DNA from: Oligoflexia bacterium
GTDB lineage: Bacteria; Bdellovibrionota; Bdellovibrionia; JABDDW01
Assembly (NCBI GenBank): GCA_043732305.1
Contig: JAYTHU010000031.1
Location: 4,739 to 68,738, forward strand
Direction: 5' to 3'
DNA length: 64,000 bases
A program made the translations under genes and the position numbers. Shown in pieces: positions 10,398 to 21,597 of the stretch. The notes below the pieces were generated by a model that was given only the letters and a program-made list of their open reading frames with translations, had not been told where the DNA came from and made no database searches. How positions within the stretch are numbered: the stretch's first letter is position 1; each line of letters begins with the position of its first letter.

Positions 10398-13300
10398 TTT
10401 GCCCAAGAGAGCAAACTCGCGAAGCATCCATCAGTTCGATAAAAACATTTCCGCCATCTAAAACAGTTTGACGCAATTTAGCGAGCGCCGGCGGAGCTTC
10501 ATGCGCGTGACGTTTTTGAAACTCTGCGAGTGATTTAATTTGCGCTTGTTTTTCCTCAACGGTCGATCGTCTCAATTCAATTTTTGGATGCTTGAATCCA
10601 TGCTCCAAAGTTTTTGGGTCAATGAAAGTATTCACACCAATAATTGGAAGCTTTCCACTGTGCTTGAGAGTTTCGTAATAGAGACTCTCTTCCTGAATTT
10701 TCCCGCGCTGATATTGAGTTTCCATCGCGCCCAAAACTCCACCACGTTCTGCCAAACGATGGAATTCAGCGAGCACCGCTTCTTCCACTAAATCCGTCAG
10801 CTCACTCATAAAGTAACTGCCCTGCAGTGGATTCTCATTTCGAGTTGTGCCAAGTTCCTGATTGATGATCATCTGAATGGCCATAGCACGTCTCACACTA
10901 GCTTCAGTGGGCGTGGTGATCGCTTCATCATAGGCGTTGGTGTGCAGACTATTGCAGTTGTCGTAGATGGCAAAGAGCGCCTGAAGAGTAGTTCTGATAT
11001 CGTTAAAGTCTATCTCTTGGGCATGCAGAGATCTGCCGCTGGTTTGAATATGATATTTTAATTTTTGCGAGCGATCGTTCGCCTTATATTTATCTCGGAG
11101 TGTGACAGCCCAAATTCTTCGCGCAACACGTCCAATGACAGAGTATTCCGGATCTAAACCATTGCTGAAGAAAAAGCTTAAATTTCCAGCGAAGTCATCA
11201 ATCTGCATTCCTCGGCTCAGATAATATTCCACGTAAGTGAAACCATTGGCCAAAGTGAATGCGAGTTGACTGATGGGATTAGCGCCCGCTTCTGCGATGT
11301 GGTAACCACTGATGCTGACAGAATAATAATTCTTCACACCGTTATCGGAAAAGTATTGCTGAATATCTCCCATAACTTTTAAGGAAAATTCAGTCGAAAA
11401 AATACACGTGTTCTGTGCTTGATCTTCTTTAAGGATGTCAGCCTGAACAGTTCCGCGAACAAGCTTCAGCGTTTCCGCTTTGACAGCCTCACGATTCTGT
11501 TCTGTCTTAGCGCAGTCTTTAGTTTCCAATCTTTGATCAATGGCTGCGTTCAAGTAAAAAGCTAGAATTGTTGGAGCAGGACCGTTGATGGTCATACTCA
11601 CGCTGGTCTTTGGATCACATAGATCAAAACCCGCATAAAGTTTTTTAATGTCCTCAATAGTGCAAATGCTCACGCCGCTCTCACCCACTTTTCCATAAAT
11701 GTCGGGACGTTCGTGAGGATCTTCTCCGTAAAGAGTGACACTGTCAAAAGCAGTAGAAAGTCTTTTTGAATCTTCGTTTTGCGTGAGGTAATGGAAACGT
11801 GCATTGGTTTTTTCTGGAGGTCCTTCGCCGGCAAATTGCCTTCGAGGTTCTTCAGTGTCACGCTTGAGTGGAAAAACACCCGCAGTGTAAGGAAAAAATC
11901 CAGGGACGTTTTCTTTTCTCAAAAACCTGAGGCGATCTCCCCAATCATTTAATTTTGGGACAGAAACTTTCCTAATTTTGTTATGGGACAAACTGGTAGA
12001 AAAAAGCGCCATTTTAATTTCGCGGTCGCGCACATGATAAGTAAGGGCATCTTGAGAATATTTTTCTATCAAATGATCCCACGAATTGATTTCAGAAAGG
12101 GTTTCAAGTCCCACTTCTTTTTCTATTTTCTCTTGGCGATTTTCCAGAGCGGCCAATCCCGAATCTAAAGATTCTCCAGAAGATTTAGAATTTTTAAAGA
12201 TAGGCAGACATTTTTCAATGGCACCAAGTTCAGAAACCAAGACCGCATCTTTTTCGGTTTTGAGAATGTAACTTTTAATGGTCTTTACAATCTCCGCCAT
12301 GTAGCTTTGATTTTCAACCGGGAGTATGACCTGCCGCTTGGTGGTCAAAACCTTATGTTGCACTTTTTTAGTGAAACCTTTTTTAGCAAGTTCTGTGATC
12401 AATTTCGCAAACAAGGTATTCACACCCTGATCGTTAAATTGGGAAGATATGGTCCCGTAAATAGGCAATTCGGAATCTTGTGGCTCGTGAAAAAGTTTTC
12501 GGGATCTTCGATACTGTCGCCTGACATCTCGGAGCGCATCTTCGGCGCCACGACGATCAAATTTATTTATTGCAATGACATCCGCAAAATCGATCATGTC
12601 AATCTTCTCTAATTGCGAAGGTGCACCGTACTCACTTGTCATGACGTAGAGAGAAAAATCCACGCTATCTGTGATAGCGGTATCACCTTGACCTATGCCA
12701 ATAGTCTCTACAAAAATCAAATCGAAATCAGAATTTTGACATAAATTAATAGCTTCTTTAAGTGAGTCAGAAACTTCCCGCCCGCTTCCACGAGTCGCAA
12801 GCGAGCGCATGAAAATTCCGCCGCGTGAGAGCGAATTCATACGGATGCGATCCCCCAAGAGAGCACCGCCCGTTTTCTTCTTGGTGGGATCAACTGACAA
12901 AACGGCAATTCTAATTCCGTCAATGTGATTCAAAAATCTTTGAAGTATTTCATCGGTCAGAGAACTTTTTCCAGCTCCGCCGGTACCGGTTACCCCAACC
13001 ACCAATGCAGTTTTTTTGACAGGAAGATTTACCAGCTGAACATCAGCGTTCTTAGATTTCTTTTCTAGCGACAGTAAGTTTTCATTGATGGTTATTGCGC
13101 GCGCCAGTTGCTGCGGCCATTCTAATTTTGTCTGGTAGCCTCCCGGAGATTTAAATTCTGGGAGTTTTCGCTTTGACACCGCCATCAAATCATAATCAGA
13201 TTTATTTAAAACATCCTGGATCATTCCCTCAAGACCGAGCCTTCGCCCGTCATCAGGATGATAGATCGCAGTGATTCCGTATTTTTCTAACGCTTCCTTT

Positions 13301-13608
13301 TCATCATGGACAATAACTCCGCCGCCACCACCAAATATTTTGATGTGACCGGCGTCGTTTTCTCTCAGCAAATCAAGAGTGTATTTGAAAAACTCCATAT
13401 GCCCGCCCTGATATGAGCTGATAGCAATGGCGTGAGCGTCCTCTTGAATGGCTGCGGTCACAATATCTTTAACAGAGCGGTTATGCCCTAAGTGAATGAC
13501 TTCCGCACCACCAGCTTGAAGCAGGCGTCTCATGATGTTGATGCTGGCGTCATGCCCGTCAAAGAGACTCGTTGCGGTGATAATTCTCACATGATTCTTG
13601 AGCGCCAA
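10348..13608 (-). CDS. icmF: Fused isobutyryl-CoA mutase/MeaB-like GTPase
   Basis: B12-binding [13 protein letters not shown], GTPase GTGGAGKSS and DRIRMN, mutase [32 protein letters not shown]; TTG start after AAGGGG. Confidence 0.96.
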   Translation of the reverse strand: MALKNHVRIITATSLFDGHDASINIMRRLLQAGGAEVIHLGHNRSVKDIVTAAIQEDAHAIAISSYQGGHMEFFKYTLDLLRENDAGHIKIFGGGGGVIVHDEKEALEKYGITAIYHPDDGRRLGLEGMIQDVLNKSDYDLMAVSKRKLPEFKSPGGYQTKLEWPQQLARAITINENLLSLEKKSKNADVQLVNLPVKKTALVVGVTGTGGAGKSSLTDEILQRFLNHIDGIRIAVLSVDPTKKKTGGALLGDRIRMNSLSRGGIFMRSLATRGSGREVSDSLKEAINLCQNSDFDLIFVETIGIGQGDTAITDSVDFSLYVMTSEYGAPSQLEKIDMIDFADVIAINKFDRRGAEDALRDVRRQYRRSRKLFHEPQDSELPIYGTISSQFNDQGVNTLFAKLITELAKKGFTKKVQHKVLTTKRQVILPVENQSYMAEIVKTIKSYILKTEKDAVLVSELGAIEKCLPIFKNSKSSGESLDSGLAALENRQEKIEKEVGLETLSEINSWDHLIEKYSQDALTYHVRDREIKMALFSTSLSHNKIRKVSVPKLNDWGDRLRFLRKENVPGFFPYTAGVFPLKRDTEEPRRQFAGEGPPEKTNARFHYLTQNEDSKRLSTAFDSVTLYGEDPHERPDIYGKVGESGVSICTIEDIKKLYAGFDLCDPKTSVSMTINGPAPTILAFYLNAAIDQRLETKDCAKTEQNREAVKAETLKLVRGTVQADILKEDQAQNTCIFSTEFSLKVMGDIQQYFSDNGVKNYYSVSISGYHIAEAGANPISQLAFTLANGFTYVEYYLSRGMQIDDFAGNLSFFFSNGLDPEYSVIGRVARRIWAVTLRDKYKANDRSQKLKYHIQTSGRSLHAQEIDFNDIRTTLQALFAIYDNCNSLHTNAYDEAITTPTEASVRRAMAIQMIINQELGTTRNENPLQGSYFMSELTDLVEEAVLAEFHRLAERGGVLGAMETQYQRGKIQEESLYYETLKHSGKLPIIGVNTFIDPKTLEHGFKHPKIELRRSTVEEKQAQIKSLAEFQKRHAHEAPPALAKLRQTVLDGGNVFIELMDASRVCSLGQITHCLFEVGGEYRRSL

Positions 13609-13609
13609 T

Positions 13610-14386
13610 TTATTCCCCTTGGAAAGCTGCCGGGCGTTTTTCGATAAAAGCTTTTGTGCCTTCGCGCATGTCTTCAGTTTCAAATAAATCGCTGAAAAGA
13701 TCCGCTTCAAATCCAAGTCCTTTATCGATTGGAACGTCAAAGCCGTCGCTGATGGCTTCTTTGCTAGCGGCTACTGCAAGAGGAGCAAGTTTTGCTATTT
13801 CCTCCGCGGTTTTCATAGCTTCAGCCATGAGTTCATCTGGACTACAAAGTTTATTTACTAAACCGAGTCTGAAACCTTCTTCAGCAGAAATTTGTCGTCC
13901 AGAATAAATAAGTTCACGAGCCATTGGCAATCCAACAAATCGAGCCAAACGCTGAGTGCCACCAAATCCGGGCATCAGTCCAAGCATGACTTCAGGTTGA
14001 CCAAACTTTGCTTTGGTAGACGCGTAAATAAAATCACAGCTACAGGCAATTTCCGTTCCGCCACCAAGTGCAAATCCGTTGACTGCTGCAATAACTGGAA
14101 TTTTCAAAATTTCTAAACGTCTCAAAACAGCTTGGCCTTTTTTAGAAAACTTTCTACCATCTTCGCCAACCATGGTGGACATCTCTAAAATGTCCGCACC
14201 GGCGACAAAAGCTTTGTCTCCGCCACCAGTGATAATCAAAACACGAATGTCTCGATCGGAATCAATGATGTCGATTAAAGCGTCTAATTCGGTGAGCATT
14301 TCAAGATTGATTGCGTTCAGCGCTTTAGGCCGATTGAATTTTAGAACGCCAATATTTTTAACTTTTTCGTAAACCAGGGTTTCCAT
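13610..14386 (-). CDS. crt: Enoyl-CoA hydratase (crotonase)
   Basis: [27 protein letters not shown] and [18 protein letters not shown] motifs. Confidence 0.93.
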   Translation of the reverse strand: METLVYEKVKNIGVLKFNRPKALNAINLEMLTELDALIDIIDSDRDIRVLIITGGGDKAFVAGADILEMSTMVGEDGRKFSKKGQAVLRRLEILKIPVIAAVNGFALGGGTEIACSCDFIYASTKAKFGQPEVMLGLMPGFGGTQRLARFVGLPMARELIYSGRQISAEEGFRLGLVNKLCSPDELMAEAMKTAEEIAKLAPLAVAASKEAISDGFDVPIDKGLGFEADLFSDLFETEDMREGTKAFIEKRPAAFQGE

Positions 14387-14394
14387 GATTCTCC

Positions 14395-15240
14395 TTAATA
14401 TTTATAAAATCCGTGACCGGTTTTTCTACCGAGCCATCCCGCTTCAACATATTTTACTAACAGCGGGCAAGGGCGATACTTCGTATCACCGAGCTCGTTA
14501 TGCAATACCTTCATTATTGAAAGACAAGTGTCTAACCCAATTAAATCAGCCAACGCAAGTGGCCCCATGGGTTGATTGGTTCCAAGTTTCATCGCCTCAT
14601 CAATGGCTTCCGGCTTAGCAATGCCTTCAAGCAAAACATAAACAGCTTCGTTGATCATGGGCATAAGAATGCGGTTAACTACAAATCCGGGAAAATCTTT
14701 TGACTCAACAAAAGTCTTTCCCATTTTTTCCGCAAGCTCGCGAGTGAATTTAAATGTTTCATTACTAGTAGCCAAGCCCTTAATGCCTTCGACCAACTTC
14801 ATGACCGGAACTGGATTCATGAAATGCATGCCCACAACTTCATCGGGACGTTTAGTGACGGCCGCAATTTTAGTGATGCTAATGGAACTTGTGTTGCTGG
14901 CAAGAATAGCTTCCGGCGCAAGCACAGCGTCCAGCTGTCTGAAGATCTCGAGTTTTAAAACTTCGTTTTCCGTCACGGCCTCAATAGCCATGTTTACGGA
15001 AGTGAGATCAGTAAATTTCGAGGTGGTTTTGATTCGTTTAAGAACATCTTCTTTTTGAGCAGCGGTGATAATTTCTTTTTTAATCAGGCGGTCTAAACTT
15101 CCTGAGATAGTGCTACTTGCTTTAGCCAAAGCTTCATTTTTCAAATCATAAAGCACAACATCTATTCCTTGTTGGGCGGCCACTTGAGCGATGCCACTTC
15201 CCATTTGGCCAGCGCCCAATACACCTATGGTTTTAATCAT
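14395..15240 (-). CDS. hbd: 3-hydroxybutyryl-CoA dehydrogenase
   Basis: [33 protein letters not shown] and [13 protein letters not shown] motifs. Confidence 0.95.
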   Translation of the reverse strand: MIKTIGVLGAGQMGSGIAQVAAQQGIDVVLYDLKNEALAKASSTISGSLDRLIKKEIITAAQKEDVLKRIKTTSKFTDLTSVNMAIEAVTENEVLKLEIFRQLDAVLAPEAILASNTSSISITKIAAVTKRPDEVVGMHFMNPVPVMKLVEGIKGLATSNETFKFTRELAEKMGKTFVESKDFPGFVVNRILMPMINEAVYVLLEGIAKPEAIDEAMKLGTNQPMGPLALADLIGLDTCLSIMKVLHNELGDTKYRPCPLLVKYVEAGWLGRKTGHGFYKY

Positions 15241-15466
15241 ATGAATTGTCCTTTTTTTAGAGATAGTTTTTACTCCTAGTTTTTACTCTTTAGGCCTGCC
15301 GGCTGCAAGTCTAAAACATGAGGCACAAAACATAAGGCTGAGGCAAGAATTTCCTCGATCGGAATTTCGTCCAGGTAAAAGCGAGTCACAAGCCCTTCGC
15401 AGAGGCGCGCGAGTGAGACCAGCTTGCTTTACACCACAACTTTAGAAGCTTTGTGCAAGGAAGCTT

Positions 15467-15482
15467 GGGCCTTGTTTGTGCA
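15467..15482 (+). promoter_or_regulatory. Putative sigma54 (-24/-12) promoter
   Basis: GGGCCTTGTTTGTGCA has the GG-N10-GC spacing, just upstream of ATG 15496. Confidence 0.4.
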
Positions 15483-15495
15483 TTACTTAAAACTA

Positions 15496-16959
15496 ATGCT
15501 CAGCCTCCATTACTCACGCATTTTAATGATCCAAGTTTGCCTGTTGGTTGGTTCCGGCTTTTTTGCGTCCACGGGTAGTCTGGCCTCTCAAATTTACCGT
15601 GACCCCGATTCCTCATTTTCATCCGGCGATGAACCTATTACTCAGCTTAAAATGGATGGAACGGCGATAAACCGGACTTGGATTAAAATGCCAAACGGAA
15701 AATGGATTTCACGAAAAGAAATTTTAACAATCATAGATTTCAGTGACAAAGTGATCGCTCGGAATAATACACTCTTGCTTTCTGACAGTCATGACCAAGC
15801 AAGACCGGTAGCCACCGTCAAAGTTGGTGAAACTCTAAAAATTATTAAAATTGAAAATTCCTGGGTGAAAGTGTCGCGGGAGATAAAATCGGGACTGAAA
15901 ATGGGATGGATCCAAGAAAAGCAAATTGGTCCGGATCCTGGCGCGTTCGGTTTTATTTACACAAAAAGTCCAATCATCATGCGCATCAAACCAAATTTTA
16001 CCTCTCACAAAGTGCGGGATCTCCCAGAACTATATAAAATCAAACCTCTCAAACTTCAAGGACCCTGGCTTTTTGTGAAAGACGCTGGCTACCAGGGATG
16101 GATTCATATATCTGACGTTTATTCAAAGTTAGATTTCGCCGAAGCGGTGCTTCCACAAAAAGAAAATGAGTATCGCAAAGTGAAGTTTCATCAGGGGTCG
16201 TGGATCGAAACAAAGGAAGCTCACTTTTATACCTTGCAAAAAATCGCAAAAATCAAAACAAGCGAACGAATTTTTCTAGTAAAGAAAAGCAAAGTTATGG
16301 GGAAAATAATGAACACTCAGACAGTCACGTGGCAGAGAGCCTACTCCAGACATTCAGGCACAGTTTGGTTCGCGGAAAACAATATTTTTCAGAAAAAAGA
16401 AAATACAGAAATTTATCTTTCTAACGATGATTTTTTCCAAAGAAAAATATTTGATATGGCCGAGCACCCTCTTCTCCCCGATTTTAAATTGGCGTCAAGC
16501 CGAGGCATATTTAAAACTACGGATAGTATGACTTGGGAAAAAATAGAACGTTTTGGAGAAGAAAATTACCCTGTCTGTATCACCCAAAGCGGAACAATGT
16601 TTGTGGGACCATACGTCAGTCACAATGCAGGAAATAGTTTCCAATCGTACTTGCGATTCGACAAGCTTCTAAACGCTTTTTATAAAGCAGGAAAAAAACT
16701 TCCATCTCAGTTACTAATGACAGCTATTGATTACAATGAAACCGGAAGTGCTTTGCATGTGACTTTTAATAGTACTCTTACGCTTGAGTCGGCAGACGCA
16801 GGGAAGAATTGGCTTCTTCTTGAAGGCCAACATAAGCCTCAAGAATCTGTTTTCTCACGGCGTTTCGCAATTCAAATCGATCGGCCATGGTCATCCCCTT
16901 CGTCTCTATCGGGGGCAAAATCTGAACATAAACGTCTTGCCACAATTGTGTCCTATTAG
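15496..16959 (+). CDS. Secreted protein with SH3b-like domains and C-terminal BNR/Asp-box repeats
   Basis: Signal peptide; SH3b-like segments (VKVGETLKIIKIENSWVKV..GWI, GPWLFV...QGWIH); Asp boxes TTDSMTW, SHNAGNSF, SADAGKNW; start codon uncertain. Confidence 0.7.
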   Translation: MLSLHYSRILMIQVCLLVGSGFFASTGSLASQIYRDPDSSFSSGDEPITQLKMDGTAINRTWIKMPNGKWISRKEILTIIDFSDKVIARNNTLLLSDSHDQARPVATVKVGETLKIIKIENSWVKVSREIKSGLKMGWIQEKQIGPDPGAFGFIYTKSPIIMRIKPNFTSHKVRDLPELYKIKPLKLQGPWLFVKDAGYQGWIHISDVYSKLDFAEAVLPQKENEYRKVKFHQGSWIETKEAHFYTLQKIAKIKTSERIFLVKKSKVMGKIMNTQTVTWQRAYSRHSGTVWFAENNIFQKKENTEIYLSNDDFFQRKIFDMAEHPLLPDFKLASSRGIFKTTDSMTWEKIERFGEENYPVCITQSGTMFVGPYVSHNAGNSFQSYLRFDKLLNAFYKAGKKLPSQLLMTAIDYNETGSALHVTFNSTLTLESADAGKNWLLLEGQHKPQESVFSRRFAIQIDRPWSSPSSLSGAKSEHKRLATIVSY

Positions 16960-17551
16960 CCATCAGGTCGCCTTTAGGCAAAACCTTGTGCGTGCCATAA
17001 ATGCAAATGGGCACGATGGGTTCACCGGTTTTTAATGCCAAGTGAAAAGCTCCGCTTTTAAAATCTCCAACACCTTCGCCCTTGAATCTAGTTCCTTCTG
17101 GCGCCATCCAAAAGCTTTCACCGTTGGTGAATTTTCGCTTCATACGATCCAAAGTTTTCTGAGACGCATCGACCCGCTTTCTATCGAGCGGCATGAAGCC
17201 CGCTTTCCATAAAACCTGACCAAATATAGGAATAAGAAACAATTCCTTTTTAGCAGCCATTCTGAAGGATTGCGGCACGGACCAAAATAAAACGGGAATG
17301 TCATAATGACTTTGATGATTGCTTAAAAAAAGTGCGGAACTGATTCCTTTAAGATTCTCAACACCTTCGCAGTGCACGCGAACGCCAGAAAGTTCACACA
17401 AAAGCTTCGACCAAACAAAGATCACCCGGTCCATAGTCTTGCGACTTGAAAACGGGATGAAATAGATCACACAGGCGATACTAAATAGAAAAGTTATCGA
17501 AGGGAGAAGAAAAAATAATACACCAGCTCTTATTGAAAGCATCAGTTTCAT
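16778..17551 (-). CDS. plsC: 1-acyl-sn-glycerol-3-phosphate acyltransferase
   Basis: NHQSHYD, AKKELF.IP.FG, APEGTR, FKSGAF and PIVP motifs. Confidence 0.93.
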   Translation of the reverse strand: MKLMLSIRAGVLFFLLPSITFLFSIACVIYFIPFSSRKTMDRVIFVWSKLLCELSGVRVHCEGVENLKGISSALFLSNHQSHYDIPVLFWSVPQSFRMAAKKELFLIPIFGQVLWKAGFMPLDRKRVDASQKTLDRMKRKFTNGESFWMAPEGTRFKGEGVGDFKSGAFHLALKTGEPIVPICIYGTHKVLPKGDLMANRTQLWQDVYVQILPPIETKGMTMADRFELRNAVRKQILEAYVGLQEEANSSLRLPTQA

Positions 17552-17554
17552 GAT

Positions 17555-18658
17555 TTAAATCTTATGGGGCGCAAAGTATATTTCTCCCAGGACTCGGTCA
17601 TGAGCAGCTTTTCTTTGTCTCAACTTATATTCTCCGTGCGCGGAAGTACCAGAAAGATTTTGAACGTAGGTTTGATAATCCATGATTTGAATTTCGTAGG
17701 GATAGAAAAACCGAATCACGCCGTTGCTAGTTTTAACTTTGACCAAACTTCGGGAAATAAATTTAATCGCTTTGTAATGAATGTCGGAGAATGGATTATA
17801 CTTTTCTTTATATTCCGCCCGTTTAGAATCCTGGTTTAATGCTTCCAACATGATTTTATCGATCTCGTCGGAATCTAAATTCTTTTTCTCGGCGCCTAAT
17901 TTCTCAATCACTTCCATAAAAATATTTGTCGGGAATAAAGTATTTTTTGATTGGTGAGGAACCACATTGGCAAAGCTGACTAGGTTTTCTCTCCGTAAAA
18001 AACGTATCACGCGAAAAGCATCAAAAACAGTGGCGGTGATAAATCTCACTCCCATTTTATCAAAAATATCCATGGCCACACTTTCAGGCTTGCTGAGAGT
18101 TTTAATCACCATGCTGTGCATTTCTTTAAATGCTTTGACTTCGAATTTCATCAATGGAATTTGCTCAGAACTTTGCTCGGTCCCCAAGAATAACTTCCCG
18201 TTGTCATCACCGGAGACTTTAGATTGAATGGGACTAAAAATCTGATTTTGAATCTCGCTGGTGTAATTAAAAAAAAGATCATTCTCAACGTGAGCCACAC
18301 AGTGCATGACTCGAAGAATCGCACAGCTCCAAAGCTGCATTGGATTCTTGTCATGATCCCGGGTACTGGCGTATAAAAAAAGCCGCCGAATGTCTTTTAC
18401 CGCAGCGCGAGTTGCCAAAACTTCCGGAACTCGCTCATGAGAATCTAAAATATACTTATGCAATATATGGATAGCCTGTTCATACATTTGCCAAACAGTT
18501 TCATCTTCTTCTTTGATAGAGATATCATAACCGTAGGTTTTTAAAAATTCGCCGCCTTCTTCCAGAGACCTGAAGTCAAGCCTCGGCACGTCGATGGTGG
18601 AATAACCACCAATGATTGTTTTGATCATTTGGCTTGGAAAATCGAAATTACTGATCAT
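17555..18658 (-). CDS. TIGR04552-like protein, RelA/SpoT-type nucleotidyltransferase-like
   Basis: K..HS...K, DIFDKMGVRFI, YKAIKF, PYEIQIMD and AH.EYK; family recalled from Myxococcota/Bdellovibrionota. Confidence 0.75.
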   Translation of the reverse strand: MISNFDFPSQMIKTIIGGYSTIDVPRLDFRSLEEGGEFLKTYGYDISIKEEDETVWQMYEQAIHILHKYILDSHERVPEVLATRAAVKDIRRLFLYASTRDHDKNPMQLWSCAILRVMHCVAHVENDLFFNYTSEIQNQIFSPIQSKVSGDDNGKLFLGTEQSSEQIPLMKFEVKAFKEMHSMVIKTLSKPESVAMDIFDKMGVRFITATVFDAFRVIRFLRRENLVSFANVVPHQSKNTLFPTNIFMEVIEKLGAEKKNLDSDEIDKIMLEALNQDSKRAEYKEKYNPFSDIHYKAIKFISRSLVKVKTSNGVIRFFYPYEIQIMDYQTYVQNLSGTSAHGEYKLRQRKAAHDRVLGEIYFAPHKI

Positions 18659-18679
18659 GATGATTTTAACTTAGCGAAT

Positions 18680-18720
18680 AAAAAGACCTTTGCCAAATTT
18701 TATTTGGTAAAGGTCTTTTA
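18680..18720. terminator. Intrinsic terminator hairpin, bidirectional type
   Basis: AAAAGACCTTTGCCAAAT-TTT-ATTTGGTAAAGGTCTTTT, just downstream of the lipoprotein gene. Confidence 0.85.
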
Positions 18721-18739
18721 GATAAAGCTTAATATTTCT

Positions 18740-19570
18740 TTATTGACATCTAAAAAATGCGCAGGCGTTTCCGCTAAATTGTCCAAGAGTTCCTGAAGCC
18801 ACACTGGTTTGACCATTGATGGTGTTGACAGAAGTTTGATTGGTAAACCCAATGGTTCCGCTCAAAGTGTAGTTCACTCCGGATCCTGATAAAGTTCCTA
18901 TGACGGTGATTGTTCCTTCGCCATCGCTGAACACTAAATTAACTTTATTTCCCTGCACATAAGAACCTTGAGTCTGCAATCCAACATTGACAGGAATTGC
19001 AGGAACCACACCACCGCTAGGATCAGCAGTTCCGGTCAATGAATCCCAGAAGCCCATAGTAATACCACCGCTTGAAGGAGCCACTTGCTGATTAGACGCG
19101 ACAACAGCAGAGAGTGTCTGATTGCTAGTGAAAACCATTGGCGCAGAGCTAGATCCACTAGGATTTGTGCCCATGGTCATTCCCACAACGCAATTTGAAC
19201 CGTTGCAAGGAATCTGAGTGTAGCTTGCGGGTGTTCCAAAAATTGCAGAATTCCAATTGGTGTCCGTCGTTGTTGATGTGGCGCCAATAGCACCCCACGC
19301 CCAGTCAGTGCTCAAGAAATAGCGGGAGACGTCGTTGCTGTTCATACTTAAGCCAGGAGCCATGCCAGAGGTGACCTGACCCGAACTGGTGTTCACTTGC
19401 GCCCATATAGAACTGCTCACTCCACTGGGAGCGGCTGGGACACTGACGCCACCACGGATGTTATTACCGTTGGTGCGACTGGTTGAATTTTTGTCTTTAT
19501 TGTTGCTACCGCAGGCCGTGAATAGGAGCGTTGCTGCAACCGATAATGCTACTAATAAATTGTTTCTCAT
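18740..19570 (-). CDS. Ser/Thr/Gly/Asn-rich lipoprotein
   Basis: GGAG RBS, lipobox LFTA-C, low-complexity beta-rich body, C-terminus CAFFRCQ. Confidence 0.8.
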   Translation of the reverse strand: MRNNLLVALSVAATLLFTACGSNNKDKNSTSRTNGNNIRGGVSVPAAPSGVSSSIWAQVNTSSGQVTSGMAPGLSMNSNDVSRYFLSTDWAWGAIGATSTTTDTNWNSAIFGTPASYTQIPCNGSNCVVGMTMGTNPSGSSSAPMVFTSNQTLSAVVASNQQVAPSSGGITMGFWDSLTGTADPSGGVVPAIPVNVGLQTQGSYVQGNKVNLVFSDGEGTITVIGTLSGSGVNYTLSGTIGFTNQTSVNTINGQTSVASGTLGQFSGNACAFFRCQ

Positions 19571-19621
19571 AAATCTCCACTTTGAAAATAGGTCCATCCG
19601 TATTCTCTCAAGTTTATGTAT

Positions 19622-19637
19622 TACAAGGGTTGGGCCA
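19622..19637 (-). promoter_or_regulatory. Putative sigma54-like promoter for the lipoprotein gene
   Basis: Minus strand TGGCCCAACCCTTGTA: correct spacing but GT instead of GC at -12. Confidence 0.35.
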
Positions 19638-19749
19638 TGGTTTTGGTCCTAGGGAATGACAGGTTGACTATAGGATTGATTGTCAGGAGTGCAGTTCGAA
19701 TAGGCCTTGAGTCGTCAGACAACTGTCTAATTTTTAGCCAAGTCGGTTT

Positions 19750-21591
19750 TTACCGAGGTGCCAGTAATGACTCGATCCTATTCACGGTGAATTTCTCCAG
19801 CCCCGGTTTGTCTTGCCATTTCTTGTCTGCAAGAATCTCGATGATTATCTCTCGTGCTTGGTTCTTAGTGAGATTTGGTCCACTCCCAAACGACACTTGT
19901 GTCAGCATTTTAAACAGAATAATTTGAGCTAAAGAAAACTTCAAATTCTTTGAAGAATCATGGGGTGCAAAAAATACGGTTGGAGCAGCGTGAATTTGAA
20001 AAGAATAATTCTCTTTTTGAACCACCAACGTTAGCTCATCCAAATAAGATATCATCTCCCTCAACACCGCGACGGGAATCCTCTTATTTTCAAGGTAACT
20101 ATCTAATAGTTCAAGTCTGGCAGCTGGACTGACCGGTAATTTCAAAACCTCCATCATTCTATCGAAATGAATTTGTTCTTCCGAACCCATTTTAAATCGA
20201 GGACGAGGTCTCTTATTGGAAACCTGTTGTAGGATTTTCTCAACGGCGAACATTTCTAACTTAGGAACATTCGACCATTTTTTAGTGTTAAAAAGTTTGC
20301 GGGCTATTTCCTGGGCCTCTTCCTTTGACAACGCTCCGTGCGCTCCGGGGATCAAACGCTTCAGCATCTTAAACAAAATCACATCACTATACCCAAATTT
20401 AGAATTGGAACGGGAATGGGGACTTTTGATTGAATAGAATATTGATTCTGGAAACGCAATAGACTGCATAGCTTCATTATCCTTGGCAATTGAGTCTTTA
20501 TTCAAAACAGGAATCATTTTCATAAACACCATGACCGGCACGCTCGTAGATTCGACATAACTTTCCAAAACCCCGAGAACACTTTCTAGACTTGCGGGGG
20601 ATTCCAAAAGAAAAAGCATGTGATCATAAATTTTTTGGTCCTCGGGGTCCAATTGAGACGAGCGTGGTCCATCTATGCCATTCTCACTGTCCATCAAAAA
20701 ATCGAGATCGATACCTTGTCGAGACGCCGAGATAACCGATTTCATAATTTCAATATCGCTGACTCCGTCGGCCAGTTCCTTGACCTCACTGACTTTCCCG
20801 ATAATTGGCGAAAGAGCGTCGATCATCATCACGACCTGCATTTGGAGAGCTTTTAGTTTCTGTATCTCTTTAGTGAAAGTCGCGACAAAAACATTTTCGC
20901 CCATTGAATTTTGAGTTGCTACCTCCAGAACGCTTTTTCGTTCGGCAATCGTGCTCTGTGTGACCCGAAGCAAAATGTATTCTTCATTCAATTGGCGAGA
21001 TATTTCCGGAAATTCAATTTTACACAGGGCAATACTTTGCTTGCAGCCTTTAATTTTATTAGCAATCTCGGTAACGGAAACTTTATAATTCTTGCTCAGC
21101 CCAAGAAAATGGCTCACCGAAGATGGCTTACCGACTGTTAGTTTTTTCTGAAGCTCCGTAGTCAAAGCGGAAACATTCTGCATCCCAAAAAATACGGTAC
21201 GAACCTTCTCCAAGCTTTCTTTATTTCGGTTCAAGGACAGGCCCGTCTGCTGCTTTGAAACTTCCAAAACCAAATCAAAAATCGGCTGATCCCAATCTTG
21301 CATAAATTCATTAGCCAGATACTGAGGATGAGAAAATCGAGAAGATTCGAGTTTGGACCTAAGACCTTCCACCAAAAAATGTGCAGCTTTCTGGATTTCA
21401 GAGTCATCCAGACTTTTTATCGTATGTTCGAACTCTGGCAAAGACGAACCGGACTTCAGAGTTTCAAGGATGGATGCGCACCTGTCCCCGAGAGACATTT
21501 CTTTTGGCGGCTGGGCACGGTGCCCTTCAATCTCAGAAGCCTCAACAAGGCCGGGGATTAAAAAGATAAAAACTAACATAAGAAACTTCAT
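19750..21591 (-). CDS. Secreted helical protein, paralog array member 1 (C-terminal module duplicated)
   Basis: Signal peptide; RCASIL, FSHP, FFG, CKQSIALC, LNEEY, DLDFL. Confidence 0.85.
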   Translation of the reverse strand: MKFLMLVFIFLIPGLVEASEIEGHRAQPPKEMSLGDRCASILETLKSGSSLPEFEHTIKSLDDSEIQKAAHFLVEGLRSKLESSRFSHPQYLANEFMQDWDQPIFDLVLEVSKQQTGLSLNRNKESLEKVRTVFFGMQNVSALTTELQKKLTVGKPSSVSHFLGLSKNYKVSVTEIANKIKGCKQSIALCKIEFPEISRQLNEEYILLRVTQSTIAERKSVLEVATQNSMGENVFVATFTKEIQKLKALQMQVVMMIDALSPIIGKVSEVKELADGVSDIEIMKSVISASRQGIDLDFLMDSENGIDGPRSSQLDPEDQKIYDHMLFLLESPASLESVLGVLESYVESTSVPVMVFMKMIPVLNKDSIAKDNEAMQSIAFPESIFYSIKSPHSRSNSKFGYSDVILFKMLKRLIPGAHGALSKEEAQEIARKLFNTKKWSNVPKLEMFAVEKILQQVSNKRPRPRFKMGSEEQIHFDRMMEVLKLPVSPAARLELLDSYLENKRIPVAVLREMISYLDELTLVVQKENYSFQIHAAPTVFFAPHDSSKNLKFSLAQIILFKMLTQVSFGSGPNLTKNQAREIIIEILADKKWQDKPGLEKFTVNRIESLLAPR

Positions 21592-21597
21592 TTTTCC

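Noticed and set aside
13609-13740. Long N-terminal extensions in the ORF track for icmF (also fadJ, ydcF, the histidine kinase and hflX)
   Set aside because: Artefacts of taking the first possible start; downstream starts have an RBS or stop-start coupling
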